Below are positions 51,170 to 63,901 of a stretch of 64,000 nucleotides of DNA, in pieces. Position 1 is the first letter of the stretch. Each line of letters opens with the position of its first letter. The notes beneath the pieces are model-generated. The model worked only from the letters and a program-made list of their open reading frames with translations. It was not told the DNA's origin and did no database searches. The stretch covers positions 33,294,001-33,358,000 of the forward strand of contig NC_042998.1 of NCBI RefSeq assembly GCF_006345805.1, read 5' to 3'. Both the position numbers and the translations under genes were made by a program. The DNA comes from Octopus sinensis (Eukaryota).

Positions 51170-51407
51170 TATACTCTTTTACTTGTTTCAGTCATTTGAC
51201 TGCGGCCATGCTGGAGCACCGTCTTTTTAGTCGAGCAACTCGACCCCAGGACTTATTCTTTGTAAGCCTAGTACTTATTATATCGGTCTCTTTTTGCCGA
51301 ACCGCTAAGTTACGGGGACGTGAACACACCAGCATCGGTTGTCAAGCGATGTTGGGGTGACAAACACAAATACACAAACATATACACACACACACACACA
51401 CACATAC

Positions 51408-51452
<45 letters not shown>

Positions 51453-51615
51453 CGACGGGCTTCTTTCAGTTTCCGTCTACCAAATCCACTCACAAGGCTT
51501 TGGTCGACCCGAGGCTATAGTAGAAGACACTTGCCCAAGGTGCCACGCAGTAGGAATGAACCCAGAACCATGTGGTTGGTAAGCAAGCTACTTACCACTC
51601 AGCCACTCCTGCGCC
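51170..51615 (-). mobile_element. Full-length CORE-type SINE (intronic)
   Basis: Head 51450-51615, internal TA/CA tract, tail 51170-51365. Confidence 0.85.
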
Positions 51616-52134
51616 TATCTCTACAATTGCACAAATTCTTATTTCCTATTTCTTCTCAAACTTTAATTTCATCTCAAGTTTAACATCTAATTTTCTTCTA
51701 TCTTTTAACATAGAAATGGGTAAAGACGTTGTTTTAGGGGGCTGAGAACATGACCCTTTTCAGTGTCAATGTAACTTATTTCTGCAATGCACAGAGCAAG
51801 ATAAGAGTCATAGAATACGTGACAAAGAGTTCATTAGTGAAGCGTATGATTCAGGTTCGAATTACGATTGAATCGATTGAATACATTTACACATACCCCT
51901 GATTCCTTCATTAAAACTTTCATTCATTACACTCAGACATCAAGTGCCTTCTTTCTCAATTGTATATATTTTTTTTATCTTTTAATTGTTTCAGTTATTA
52001 AATTGTGGTCATGTTGGGGCAATCAACCCCAGTACTTATTAATTTTAAGCCTGGTACTTATTTTATCTCTTCTGGTGCACCGCTAAGTTACAGGGATGAA
52101 AACACAAACGCAAATACATACACACACACGCCCA

Positions 52135-52194
<60 letters not shown>

Positions 52195-52527
52195 GTAAAT
52201 AATATATAAATATATGCATATATACCTACATATATGTACATACCTACATATATATGTATGTATACATGAATATATGGGTACAGGACATAAAAAAAAAGGA
52301 GACTAATTGAGAAACGAGAACGTAAAAACAAAAACCTAGAAAACGAACTTGTTTACAAACAACGAAAGAAACAAACAGAGAAACGAGGCAGGCAACGTAA
52401 AGAACATTCCCTTCATCAGTTGACCCCTGTTTTATCTACTCCGCATTTATATATCAGAATATTATTATTCATAATGATTTGCTAAAGAGTCCTATCTTTA
52501 GCAAAGCAAGTGTTATTTAGTACTCTC

Positions 52528-52571
<44 letters not shown>

Positions 52572-52716
52572 ATATAATAATAATATTAAGGAATATTATT
52601 CCAAACTTACAGGGAAAAATTCAATTTAGAAATACTAAATCAAATTTCAAAAAATATAATATATATATTTATGAATTAGAAAAAAAACCACCGTTTATCA
52701 ATTGAACAATGAAAAA

Positions 52717-52753
<37 letters not shown>

Positions 52754-53746
52754 TTAGGGAATATTATTCCAAACTTACAGGGAAAAATTCAATTAAGAAA
52801 TACTAAATCAAATTTCACAAAATATAATATAATATAATATATATATATATATGGCAGGCTTCTTTCAGTTTCCATCTACCAAATCCACTCACAAGGCTTT
52901 GGTCAGCCTAAGACTATAGTAGAAGATATCTACCCAAAGTGTCACACGGTGGGACTGAACCCAGAATCATGTGGTTGGGAAGCAAGCTTCTTACCACACA
53001 CCAAGCCTGTGCCTGGATTTCCACAGGATGCATTCACATTTTTTAATGTAATTTGATGAATGAACAGGAATTGCCAGTAATTTGCTGAGGTTATATCAGA
53101 ATGCAGTTTCAAAAATGCAACACAGTTCTGGCATTTTTTGGAAATATTACCATTCTTTGCTTTCTTGTCCACTTCCTTACAGTCTCAGAAATGAAAACAA
53201 ATTGTGAAATCACGCACTGCTGTTAATCACGCTGCAATAAAGTTTTAGAGAAAAAAAAAAGATGAAAAATCAGGAATTTTCAGCGTTTAACCTATTTCGT
53301 GGCAACTGGACTAGACCATCTCTGATTCCATGATAAAGAAAAAAACATCCTATTTTAAAGTTAAATTTAAAGTTTTAATGAAAAGAACATGTTACTTTAT
53401 ATTCCAAATACCAACATAACAGTGATGAAGTTTTTTTTATTAAATTCTTCATTCGTTTAATATAAATTGAAACAAAAGCAGTATATTTCATAAGAAATAT
53501 GATTATAAAGGGTTAAATTTAGAATCAGAAACAGTGGTTAAAATAATTTCTAAGGAATGAATAAGTTATTAGTTTTATAGAGAGAATAGAGAGGTTTAAA
53601 ATATGCTTGTCAAATATTGGGCTGATATAATTGACTACATACCTCCTTTAAATTTGTACACTTGTGCTTATGTTCTGAGCCCCATGTAGGGGGGTTGCTT
53701 ATGTTCTGAGCACCATGTATGCACCCCAAGTCCATATAAGAGTTTC

Positions 53747-54610
53747 TACGTGACTTGATCAATAAATATCCGGGCTGTTGCCACATTAACGAAGCTACAG
53801 CAGACAGAGTAAAGTTGCTTGGCAAAGATTGACCTTGATCTCTACAGTGCATGCGTACTAAGTTTTAATGTTCTAGCTCACTCCCGCTGTTTACAGCAGT
53901 GTTTGGAAGGAACGTGTGTAACGTGTGGTCGTCGCATTGACCATAACAAAGAAAGTTTAGCAGAGAATCTGCATCAAATTTTGCCAAAAGCTTGGCGATA
54001 CCTGCTCAGACGCTTACACACAAGGTCTTCAAAACATTTTCATCGTTCTCGTCTCGGTCAAGGAGGTCTTGTGCAACTGAAACCCAAGTGTTGTTTTGGT
54101 CGGCAAAAAGCAGTTTTCGCACAAACTTGCCAGGCATGCGTCTCATACCCAAAATCTTCAGCGATAATGGACTGAACTGAACCGTAACTAAACTTGCATA
54201 TCCTTTGATAACTCACAGATGGTGATTCGGTGTTTTGCTCAGTTCTGTCGGTTGCAAGTCTCCCAGAACATTCGTTAATATTGACAATTTTTTCGGCCAT
54301 CTTGGAAACATCTGAGCCATTCGTTCATTTGTGTGCGGCTCATACACTCCTCTCCATGCAATTTCTGCAGCTTTCCGTAGACCTCTGAGCCGGTATCGCC
54401 ATGACAACTTTCTCTGTCATGGTCAATGCAACGATCACACGCTACACACGCTCCTTCCAAGCAATGCTGTAAACAGCAGAAGTGAGCTAGAACGTTAAAA
54501 CTTAATGCTCATGCACAGCATAGTTCAGGATCAATTTATACCAAGCGGCTTTACTCTGTGTGCTTTAGCCCCGTTACTATGCTAACAATCCGGATTGATC
54601 AGACCTCGTA
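53747..54610. mobile_element. Mariner-derived foldback built from two transposon 5' ends
   Basis: TIRs TACGTGACTTGATC / GATCAGACCTCGTA; N-terminal remnants pointing inward on both strands. Confidence 0.75.
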
Positions 54611-54707
54611 TTATGGTAAATAATACAGTATTTTCTATTCTAGCACAACATCCACTTTTAAGTGTGGATAAACATTGCTATTTAGTATTGATATTGCTTC
54701 TATCGAA

Positions 54708-54925
54708 GGCGGCGAGCTGGCAGAATCGTTAGCACGCCGGGCGAAATGCTTAGCGGTATTTCGTCTGCCGCTACGTTCTGAGTTCAAATTCCGCCGAGGT
54801 CCACTTTGCCTTTCATCCTTTCGGGGTCGATTAAATAAGTACCAGTTACGCACTGGGGTCAATGTAATCGACTTAATCCGTTTGTCTGTCTGTGTTTAGC
54901 CCCTTGTGGGTAATAAAGAAACAGA
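54708..54925 (+). mobile_element. Meta-like SINE monomer
   Basis: Near-consensus head, core and tail A. Confidence 0.85.
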
Positions 54926-55071
54926 TATTGCTTCTATCGCTATTAATTATGTTTTTGATGCAATTTAATTCAAAGTTTTGAAAAATAAACGTCATATATT
55001 GTCAATTAAAAGCAAAAAAAAAAATTAACCTTCTAATTTTTATCTTTGTGTTTTTTTTTTCTCTTTTAAAG

Positions 55072-55405
55072 GATGTACCCCGTTATTTGCTCAATTACCG
55101 CAACCCCTGTTGGCTTGAAACTATACATTCAGCTGGTGTCTACGTAGACAACCCTTATTTAAGTTTGACAGAGAACACACAGAAAGAAATGATTCGATTA
55201 ACCGTGAAATGGGGGAAACTACTCAGCAAGACAAACAGCAGCACAAAACCGAAACGGTTACGGTGTCTTCCATATGTTTATGTTGCTGGCATGCCGAAAT
55301 CAGGAACCACGGATTTCTATCGACGCCTCAATGTGCATCCCGATATTGTAAAAGGACAAAGAAAAGAACCTCACTGGTGGACGAGAATGAGGTTTATTGA
55401 ACTTA
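55072..55405 (+). CDS. CHST15: CHST15-like exon with PAPS-binding 5'-PSB motif
   Basis: Acceptor ..TTTTAAAG at 55071; NPCW..RLRCLPYVYVAGMPKSGTTDFYRRLNVHPDI..KEPHWWTR; donor GTGAGT at 55406 (phase 1). Confidence 0.88.
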
Positions 55406-55442
55406 GTGAGTAATTTTATTACCTTATTACCTCCGCCTTAGT

Positions 55443-55771
55443 GGAGTTTATCTTAATATTTTTAATGCGATCCTACTCTTTACTGTACTCTCCCCTATTG
55501 TCTTCTTTCTCATCCTTTCTCTAATTCCCCTTTTCTCCTCTTCACCATCTTCTTTCTATCTGTCTGTCTCTCTTTCTCCTTTACACTTTCTCTCATTGCT
55601 CACACGTGACCACCATCCATCTTTCTTTTCCTCATGTGATGACCTTTCATTTCCTTCATGGCTGTAGTAGAGACTGCACGTATTCCATCTGTCTCTGTCT
55701 TCTTTCTTTCCTCTTGTCAAAGAGAATATTTCTCCAGCATTCACTATTTTACCTTCGTCTGGTCTAAAGAC
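55443..55771 (-). repeat. ~330-bp repeat, inverted partner of 57497-57842
   Basis: Reverse-complement match over the whole length. Confidence 0.8.
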
Positions 55772-56465
55772 GGAGGTATTGTTTCAGTTGTATTTGTTTG
55801 TTTGCCCGTGGACAAGATATCTCAAGAACCACTGGATGGATTCGAATGAAGCTTTCAGGAATGTTTGGCCTCATGACTGGCACGACCTGATTAGATTTTG
55901 GTACCGGACAAGAACTCTGGATTATTTTTCCCGTGTTTTTACTTAATTTTTGAGAGCGGTCGGGTTCATTTTTAGTATTCTTATCCGTGTGACTAGTCGA
56001 GTTTATTTCAGATATTCTCATTTTAAAAATCATCTCTGGCTAATCGTTGAGAGGACGTCGGCGTTGCTTTGTCGGAGGTTTACGCTCTCTGAGTGCTCTT
56101 GTTACCTCCGCTAAGGCGGAGGAATTGTTTTCAGTCGAGTTTTTTCTTCTTTTTTTGTCCGTGGACAAGATATCTCAAGAACTGCTGGATGGATTCGAAT
56201 GAAACTTTCAGGAATGTTTGGCCTAGTGACTGGCACGACCTGATTAGATTTTGGAATCGATCCGGTATCGGACAAGTATTCTAGATTATTTTTCCGTTTT
56301 TCTTTTACTTAATTTTTGAGAGCCGTCTGGGTGATTTTCAGTATTCTCGTTTTTGAGAGCGGTTGAGTTTATTTCAGATATTCTCATTTTAAAAATCATC
56401 TCTGGCTAATCGTGGGAGAAGTTGGTGTTGCCTTGGCGGAAGTTTGTGCTTTCTGAGTGCTTTTG
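55772..56465 (+). mobile_element. Tandem dimer of a Helentron/HINE-like element
   Basis: Units start TTACCTCCGC(C)TAAGGCGGAGG, end CGGAGGTTT.CGCTCTCTGAGTGCT.TTGTT; first unit's 5' end lies at 55424 and is split by the 330-bp repeat. Confidence 0.6.
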
Positions 56466-56644
56466 TTACATTTTTAATTGGACATATGGCTTTATGGTGA
56501 GAAGTCTACTTCACAACCACACGATTCTGTGGCCAGCCCAACTGCATGGCACCTTGGGCAAGTGTCAGGCAGACCAAAGTCTTGTGAGTAGATTTGGTAG
56601 ATGGAAACTGAAAGAAGCACATCATGTATGTATATGTGTGTGTC

Positions 56645-56700
<56 letters not shown>

Positions 56701-57074
56701 CATGCATGCATGTATGTATGTATGTATGTATATATATGTACGTATGTGTGTATGTATGTATGTATATATATATGTACGTATGTGTGTGTGTATGTATGTA
56801 TATATATGTACGTATGTGTGTGTGTATGTATAGATATATGTATATATCCATATATATGCATATGTACATATATGTATATATGTGTGTATATATGTCTGTG
56901 TGTGCTTGTGTATAAGTCGGAGGGGGACGAGATAAACTACCTGCTTCAATTTGCTATAAAAGCTGGTAGTAATTTTACCTTGTCCTTATTCTTAGTGCAA
57001 CTTGCAGAGGGTCAAAGTTGGTAACAAAAACAGGACAGTAGAGACATGCAAGGAAACCAAACCAAAGCAAACAT

Positions 57075-57480
57075 TTACATTATTTGCATTTGTCGGATAT
57101 TTCTCCTCATCTTGTTTGTTGTTAACACAACGTTTCGGCTGATATACCCTCCAGCCTTCATCAGGTGTCTTGGGGAAATTTCGGACCTAGGTTCTCATTC
57201 CTAAAGTATTTTTCGATGTCATTATTATTCAGGTCACTGCCTGGAATCGAATTTGGAATCTTGGGGTTAGTAGCCCGTACTCTAATAATAATAATAATAA
57301 TAATAATATCGAAAAATACCTTAGGAATGAGAACCCACGTTCGAAATTTCCCCAAGACACCTGATGAAGGCTGGAGGGTATATCAGCCAAAACGTTGTGT
57401 TAACAACAAACAAGATGAGGACAAATATCCATCAAATGTAAATAACGTAAATAATTCCTCATCTCATAAATATAAAACTG
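57075..57480. mobile_element. Palindromic tRNA-head/hammerhead retroposon, locus D (in CHST15-like intron)
   Basis: Inverted arms; TSD AAAGCAAACAT (57064-57074) / AAATCAAACAT (57481-57491). Confidence 0.85.
57124..57169 (-). ncRNA. Minimal type-I hammerhead ribozyme, intact core
   Basis: Reverse complement identical to 45763-45808. Confidence 0.8.
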
Positions 57481-57496
57481 AAATCAAACATGGAGG

Positions 57497-57842
57497 GTCG
57501 TTAGACCAAGTGAAGGTAAAATAGCGAATGCTGGAGAAATATTCTCTTTGGCAAGAGGAAAGAAACAAGATGGAGACAGATGGAATACATGCAGTCTCTA
57601 CGACAGCCATGAAGGAAATGAAAGATCATCACATGAGGAAAAGAAAGATGGATGGTGGTTATGTGTGAGCAATGAGAGAGTGTAAAGGAGAAAGAGGGAG
57701 TGAGAGACAGACAGACAAACAGATAGAAAGAGGATGGTGAAGGGGAGAAAAAGAAGAATTAGATAAAGGATGAGAGAGAAAGCAATAGGGGGAGGGAACA
57801 GTAAAGGGTAGAATCGCCTTAAAAATATTAAGATAAACTTCC
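57497..57842 (+). repeat. ~340-bp repeat, inverted partner of 55443-55771
   Basis: GAATGCTGGAGAAATATTCTCTTTG..GATAAACTTCC. Confidence 0.8.
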
Positions 57843-58239
57843 TTGGAAATAGATGCATGGCATTTAATCAAATAATATATATATATGTATATATATGTGT
57901 GTGTATGTACGACTAAAACAAGTAAACGATAAAAAAGGTAAATGATAAAGGATATGAAAATATGACCGAGACGACTTACTGCAGTTCCGATAAAATCTGC
58001 TCAGATGCATTTGCCAAATTCATTTAATACCTGTAAGACAGTTTGAGAATGTTTTTTTTTTCGTTTGTTTTCAGTTACAATCTCAACATACATCTAGAAT
58101 ATTCTTTCAGTCTCTCACTAGCCAGTAATGAACTAGATGTTCCTAAAAAAAGTTTCTAGACACACAAAATATCTGGCCAACAAATGCTTGTCAGGACATA
58201 AACAGCTATCATCCTACAGGTATCTTCACCTTTATTCTT

Positions 58240-59525
58240 TTCTACTCTAGACACAAGAACCGAAATTTTTAGGGAGGTGGGGTGCCTGTTGATGAGATCA
58301 ACCCCAGTACACAACTGGTGCTTAATTTATTGACCCCGAAAGGATGAAAGGCAAAGTCGACCTCGGTGGAATTTGAACTCAGAACGTAAAGACAGACAAA
58401 ATACTGCTAAGCATTTCGCCCAGCATGCTAACGTTTCTGCCAGCTCACCGCCTTAGAGTTACACATACCTTATACCGCATACCTGGACACCTGGATCTAG
58501 TTTGGTTGTTTGTAGCTGGAGAAACAGACCATTCTACAGCATTGCAACCCAGCTTGATTTGGTTGGAACGGAGAAGGAATAAGTGCAGGAATAAAGTTTC
58601 CTAAAGTGGTGCCAACTTAGGTCCATAATTTTTTACTAATAAGGTTGATTTCTTCAAAATTAATATCGGCACAAACACTGGCATAATAATGGTTTCAAAT
58701 TTTAGCACAAGGCCAGCAATTTCATGGGAGGTATTAAGTTGATAACATTGAAACCAGTATTCATCTGGTACTTATGTTATTATCTACCTTGAAAGGATGA
58801 AAGGCAAAGCTAACCATGGCAGAATTTGAACTCAGAACCACGAAATTCTGCTAAGCATTTTGCCCACATTGCCACTGATTCTGCCACTTAAATGCAGGTG
58901 TAATAATCCTTTCTACTGATAGCACAAGGTTTGAAATATGGGGAAAGGATTAAATCGACCACAAGATTTTCACTGATACTTAATTTATCAACCCTGAAAG
59001 CATGAAAGGCAAATTTGACCTTGGCAGAATTTGAACTCAGAACGTAGCGGCAGACAAAATACCTATTTCTTTACTACCCACAAGGGGCTAAACATAGAGA
59101 GAACAAACAAGGACAGACAAACGGATTAAGTTGATTATATCGACCTCAGTGTGTAACTGGTACTTATTTAATCGACCCCGAAAGGATGAAAGGCAAAGTC
59201 GACCTCGGCAGAATTTGAACTCAGAATGTAATGGTAGACAAAATACAACTAAGCATTTTTCCCAGCATGCTAACAAGTCTAACAGCTAGTCACTGTAAAT
59301 ACAGGTGTAATAATTATTTCTGCTCTAGGCACAAGGCCTGGAAAATTTTTGGGGAAGGGGGCTAGTCGACTATATCGACCCCAGTGCATAACTGGTATTT
59401 ATTTCATCAACCCTATAAGGATGAAAGACAAAGTCGATCTCAGTGGAATTTGAACTCAGAATGTAGCAGCAGACGAACTATCACTAAGTATTTTGCCCAG
59501 CGTGCTAATGATTCTGCCAGCTAGC
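58240..59525 (-). mobile_element. Cluster of older Meta-like SINEs
   Basis: Several copies with CpG-to-TpG decay. Confidence 0.75.
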
Positions 59526-59571
59526 CACCTTAAATACAGGTGTAATAATAGTAGTAATTATTATTATATAA

Positions 59572-60200
59572 GCACAGGAGTGGCTGTGTGGTAAGTAGCT
59601 TGCTTTGCAACCACATGGCTCCGGGTTTAGTCCCACTGCATCACACCTTGAGCAAGTGTCTTCTACTATAGCCTCAGGCCGACCAAAGCCTTGTGAAGGG
59701 ATTTGGTAGACGGAAACTGAAAGAAGTCTGTCATATATATATATTTCTTTACTACCCACAAGGGGCTAAACACAGAGGGGACAAACAAGGACAGACAAAG
59801 GGATTAAGTCGACTACATCGACCCCAGCGTAACTGGTACTTAATTTATCGACCCCGAAAGGATGAAAGGCAAAGTCGACCTCGGCGGAATTTGAACTCGG
59901 AACGTAACGACAGACGAATTTCGCCCGGCGTGCTAACGTTTCTACCAGCTCGCCGCTAACGTTTCTACCAGTCTGTCATATATATATGTGTGTGTATGTT
60001 TGTGGGTGTGTGTGTCCAACACCACTTGACAACTGATGCTGGTGCATTTACATCCCCGTAACTTAGCAGTTCAGCAAAAGAGACTGATAGAATAAATGCT
60101 AGGCTTACAAAGAATAAGTCCTGGGGTTGATTTGTTTGACTAAAGGCGGTGCTCCAGCATGGCCACAGTCAAATGACTGAAACAAGTAAAAGAAATAAAA
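59572..60200 (+). mobile_element. CORE-type SINE with a nested Meta-like SINE
   Basis: GTCTGTCATATATATAT duplicated at 59726-59742 and 59971-59987. Confidence 0.85.
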
Positions 60201-60397
60201 GAATTACAAGTATGGCAGAATCATTAGCACACCAGACTTTGTCCTTCTGCCTATCATGAGTTCAACTTCACTCTAGTCGACTTCGCCTTTTATCCTTTCA
60301 GGGTCAATAAATTAAGTACCAGTGAAACACTGAGGCTGATGTAATCAACTAGTCCCCTCCAGCAAAAATTTCAGGCCTTGTGCCTCTATTAGAAAGA

Positions 60398-60438
<41 letters not shown>

Positions 60439-60895
60439 CATTATTATTATTATTATTATCATTATTATTATTATCATTATTATTATTATTATTATTATTA
60501 TCATTATTATTATTATTATTATCATTATTATTATTATCATTATTATTATTATTATCATTATTATTATTCAGTAGTTTTATTTTTATAGCGTGCTTTCACT
60601 TCACTACTGAGCGCAGCTCTGTGTGCCTTGGGTATGTGCTGTGATTTGTTGTGATGCTCTGGTGGTTACTGTATTGAAAGTGTTCTGCGTAGGATTATTA
60701 TTATTATTCAGTAGTTTTATTTTTGTAGCGTGCTTTCACTTCACTACCGAGCGCAGCTCTGTGTGCCTTGGGTATGTGTTGTGATTTGTTGTGATGCTCT
60801 GGTGGTTGCTGTATTGAAAGTGTTTTGCGTAGGATCTGTGCAGTGCCCAGTAGTGCAATTTTCTGTATGTTATATGTGTTTGTAAGTCCTGGTGG
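60398..60895 (-). mobile_element. R4/Dong-like 3' ends in tandem with long (TAA/TGA)n tract
   Basis: PGLTNTYNIQKIALLGTAQILRKTLSI; ~135-bp 3' end present twice (60561-60695, 60696-60835). Confidence 0.8.
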
Positions 60896-61419
60896 TTATT
60901 ATTATTATTACTTCAATCAAATCTGATGAATTCAATAATGGAAAAGTAATATCTCAGATCAGTCCAAAAATGATTTTTATAATCATTTCATTTTGGCAAT
61001 GAATTTTTTCCGTTTCATACACTGATTGAGAGGGAGATTCCCTGAAAGGATCTAAATTCCTTCTCTACATCTTCCCCATGTGTAAGGGGTGGTTAGAACT
61101 CATTTCTGGGAGCCAGAAAAATAACATAAAGATTCTTTCAGTTTCTGCCTACCAAATCAGCTCACAGGGCTTTGATCGACCCAAGATTTACAGCATAAGA
61201 CACAAGCCCAACATGCCACGCAATGAGACTGAATCCTGAACCATGTTGTTGGGAAGGCAGCTTCTTTATTTCATTAAATTTGCCACAAGGGCAACACACA
61301 GAGAGAAGCTTGAGGGCTAGACAGAGACATTAATGGGATGAATGATGATGATATAAGGATGATAAGGATGGGAGAAGACGAAAAGCGCCCGCCGACTTTC
61401 GCTTCTCTAAAACATTGTT

Positions 61420-61880
61420 CTTTTTTTCTTTTTTTTTTAAAAAACACAATGAGGCAATAAACCTCTTACACAGTTCAAAATTAAAAATAAAACACAAACA
61501 CAAGGCAATAATCCTCTCACTTTTTACATTTTTAGTCTCTTTTTGAGGTAATACACCTCTTCAATTTTTCCGCCCGGCCAGGCTCCTCGCTTCATCAAAG
61601 CACCCGGTCCGTTCTGAACTTAAAGGTATCAACATAAATCTGAAGGAGTCCTTTGGGAAGAAGTTCATTATCCTGCACAGATTGTTCTCCCATATGACCT
61701 CCGCAGCCACTTGTGAAGGCCACTCAGGGTCCTCTGTGTAGGACAGAAGCCCCTCCCACCGGCACTTCCTCTCAATTTTTTTGATTTCATTTTGCAAGGT
61801 TCCTCCCTTGTGGAAGAGAACCAAAAATTCCTCCTCCAGCAGCACACCTGCCAACCACACGGTCACACCCGCACCAGCAA
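61420..61880 (-). mobile_element. Probable L1/Tx1-type LINE 3' fragment with A-rich tail
   Basis: GC-richer 101-aa frame (..EVIWENNLCR..FPKDSFRFML..) followed by T-rich UTR and A-rich run; clade assignment tentative. Confidence 0.45.
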
Positions 61881-61933
61881 CACTATTATTCCATTGCTTT
61901 ACTCAAAAATTGTGTTTTCTTCTTCTTTTGTAG

Positions 61934-62029
61934 AGAGGACCAATCGCTCATCAATTAATATTTACATTGATTTATTTGATGGGGCAGCTGAAAAGATTGA
62001 AGTGGATAAATCTCACTCAAAGATTACAA
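61934..62029 (+). CDS. CHST15: CHST15-like exon (96 nt, phase 1-1)
   Basis: Acceptor TCTTCTTTTGTAG at 61933; RSSINIYIDLFDGAAEKI matches the YxDLFDxAAxxI motif; donor GTAAGC at 62030. Confidence 0.8.
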
Positions 62030-62289
62030 GTAAGCCCACGACAATTCCTTTCTCATTGTACACTTTTTATTTTGTGCTTTATGCAAAATACTTGCTTTAA
62101 TAAATATATTTTTATGTCATTATTCAAAATGTTTGACAGAAAATTTTGAAACATCATGCACACACACATAAACACTCATATGCAGCCCCATGTTAACCAG
62201 TTCACTGTTATCTCCCCTTTCAATGGCCTATTCTTTCCAGTCATTTCAACATGTAGAACCTTTAATCCTGATACAGTTTATTTTTCTCT

Positions 62290-62675
62290 CTTTACTCTTT
62301 TACTTGTATCAGTCATTTGACTGTGGCCATGCTGGAGCACCGCCTTTAATCGAGCAACTCGACCCCGGGACTTATTCTTTGTAAGCCCAGTACTTATTCT
62401 ATCGGTCTCTTTTGCCGAACTGCTAAGTGACGGGGACATAAACACACCAGTATCGGTTGTCAAGCAATGCTAGTGGGACAAACACAGACACACAAACACA
62501 CACACACATACATATATACGACAGGCTTCTTTCAGTTTCCGTCTACCAAATCCACTCACAAGGCTTTGGTCGGACCGAGGCTATAGTAGAAGACACTTGC
62601 CCAAGGTGCCATGCAGTGGGACTGAACCTGGAACCATGGGGTTGGTAAACAAGCTACTTACCACACAGCCATTCC
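62290..62675 (-). mobile_element. Full-length CORE-type SINE
   Basis: Head, core, short internal tract and tail all present. Confidence 0.85.
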
Positions 62676-62839
62676 TCCTTCTCACACCTTTCTGTCAAAG
62701 AGCATAAAGCTTGAGGCGTCAGTCTTTTCCATTTTTCCCAAGCATCAAATGAATACATGTGATTGTTGTTCCCTCACCTCTCTGTCTTTTGCTTCCTGTA
62801 TATTTGATCCATATATATATGTACATATATATGTACATA

Positions 62840-63830
62840 CTGGGTAATCCCATGAATAATGTGGTATTTTTAAAATTCTTTTATTTTTCAAAATTATGAT
62901 AAACAAAGTTCTTTTTTAATCTAAAATATACTCTCCTTCATTTTCTACTATGCTCTTCCTGCTATTTGGCAGACTTGCAAGGCCCCTCTTCCAAAATTCA
63001 CTTGTCCATGACGATAAAAATAATCCTCCAGTACTGTTCTGACCTTGTCTACAGAATTCATATTTTTCTTGTCCAAATGATTTTGAAAACTGTGGAATAA
63101 ATGATAATCAGATGTGGGGCATCGTTTCTCATTCAAACTGCTCCAGCCTTTAGAATGTCATCCTCGCTGTATGTGGCGGAGCATCATCCTGGTAGAAGAA
63201 CACCTGTCGTTTTGAAATCAAAGATGGTCGTTTTTCTTCTAGCACTGACTTAAGCCACTCAAGCTGCTTGCAGTAGATCTCCTTTGCTATCATTTGATTT
63301 GGGTTTAAAAGTTCAAAGTGGACTGAACTTTTCATATCCCACCACAGATAACAACACCTTACGTGGGTGAAGACCTTTAGCTTGGGATGCCAGTGTTTCT
63401 CCTTTCCCTACCCGTTTTCTTCAGTGCTTGACATCTTTATAAAGAACCCATTTCTTGTCACCAGTCACTATTCGGTCCAATAAAGGTTCATTCATGAGAC
63501 GTGACAGCAAAGAAGAGCAAACATTCACTCTCAGCCTGTGATTAGACTCAAAGAGTGTGTAAGGAGCCCATTGACCCAATTTGCTGACTTTTCGATGGCA
63601 CACAAGTGTCGACGAATGGTTGAATGACCAAATCCAAGTTTCTCTGATAGTTTTCCAACAGTTACAATGGGATTTTGTTCCACCAGAGTTTGCAGGATGT
63701 CCTTGTCAAGCTCTACAGATCTTCCTGGATGAGGGTCTTCTTCTAGGCTGTAGTTTCTGGTTCAGAAGTTCTGGAACCACCATTGACACTGGTTTACACT
63801 TATTGCCTGATCCCCATATACTGCATTAAT
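62840..63830 (-). mobile_element. Decayed mariner transposase
   Basis: KLGQWAPYTL..RIVTGDKKWVLY, VHFELL..YCKQL..FYQDDAPPHTAR, PTSDYHLF..QNHL. Confidence 0.9.
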
Positions 63831-63861
63831 ACACGCATGTATGTATATATATCTATGTATG

Positions 63862-63901
<40 letters not shown>

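Noticed and set aside
52400-52430. CTGATGAAG on the minus strand (also 44235 and 45181)
   Set aside because: No stem II followed by GAAA; not a hammerhead.
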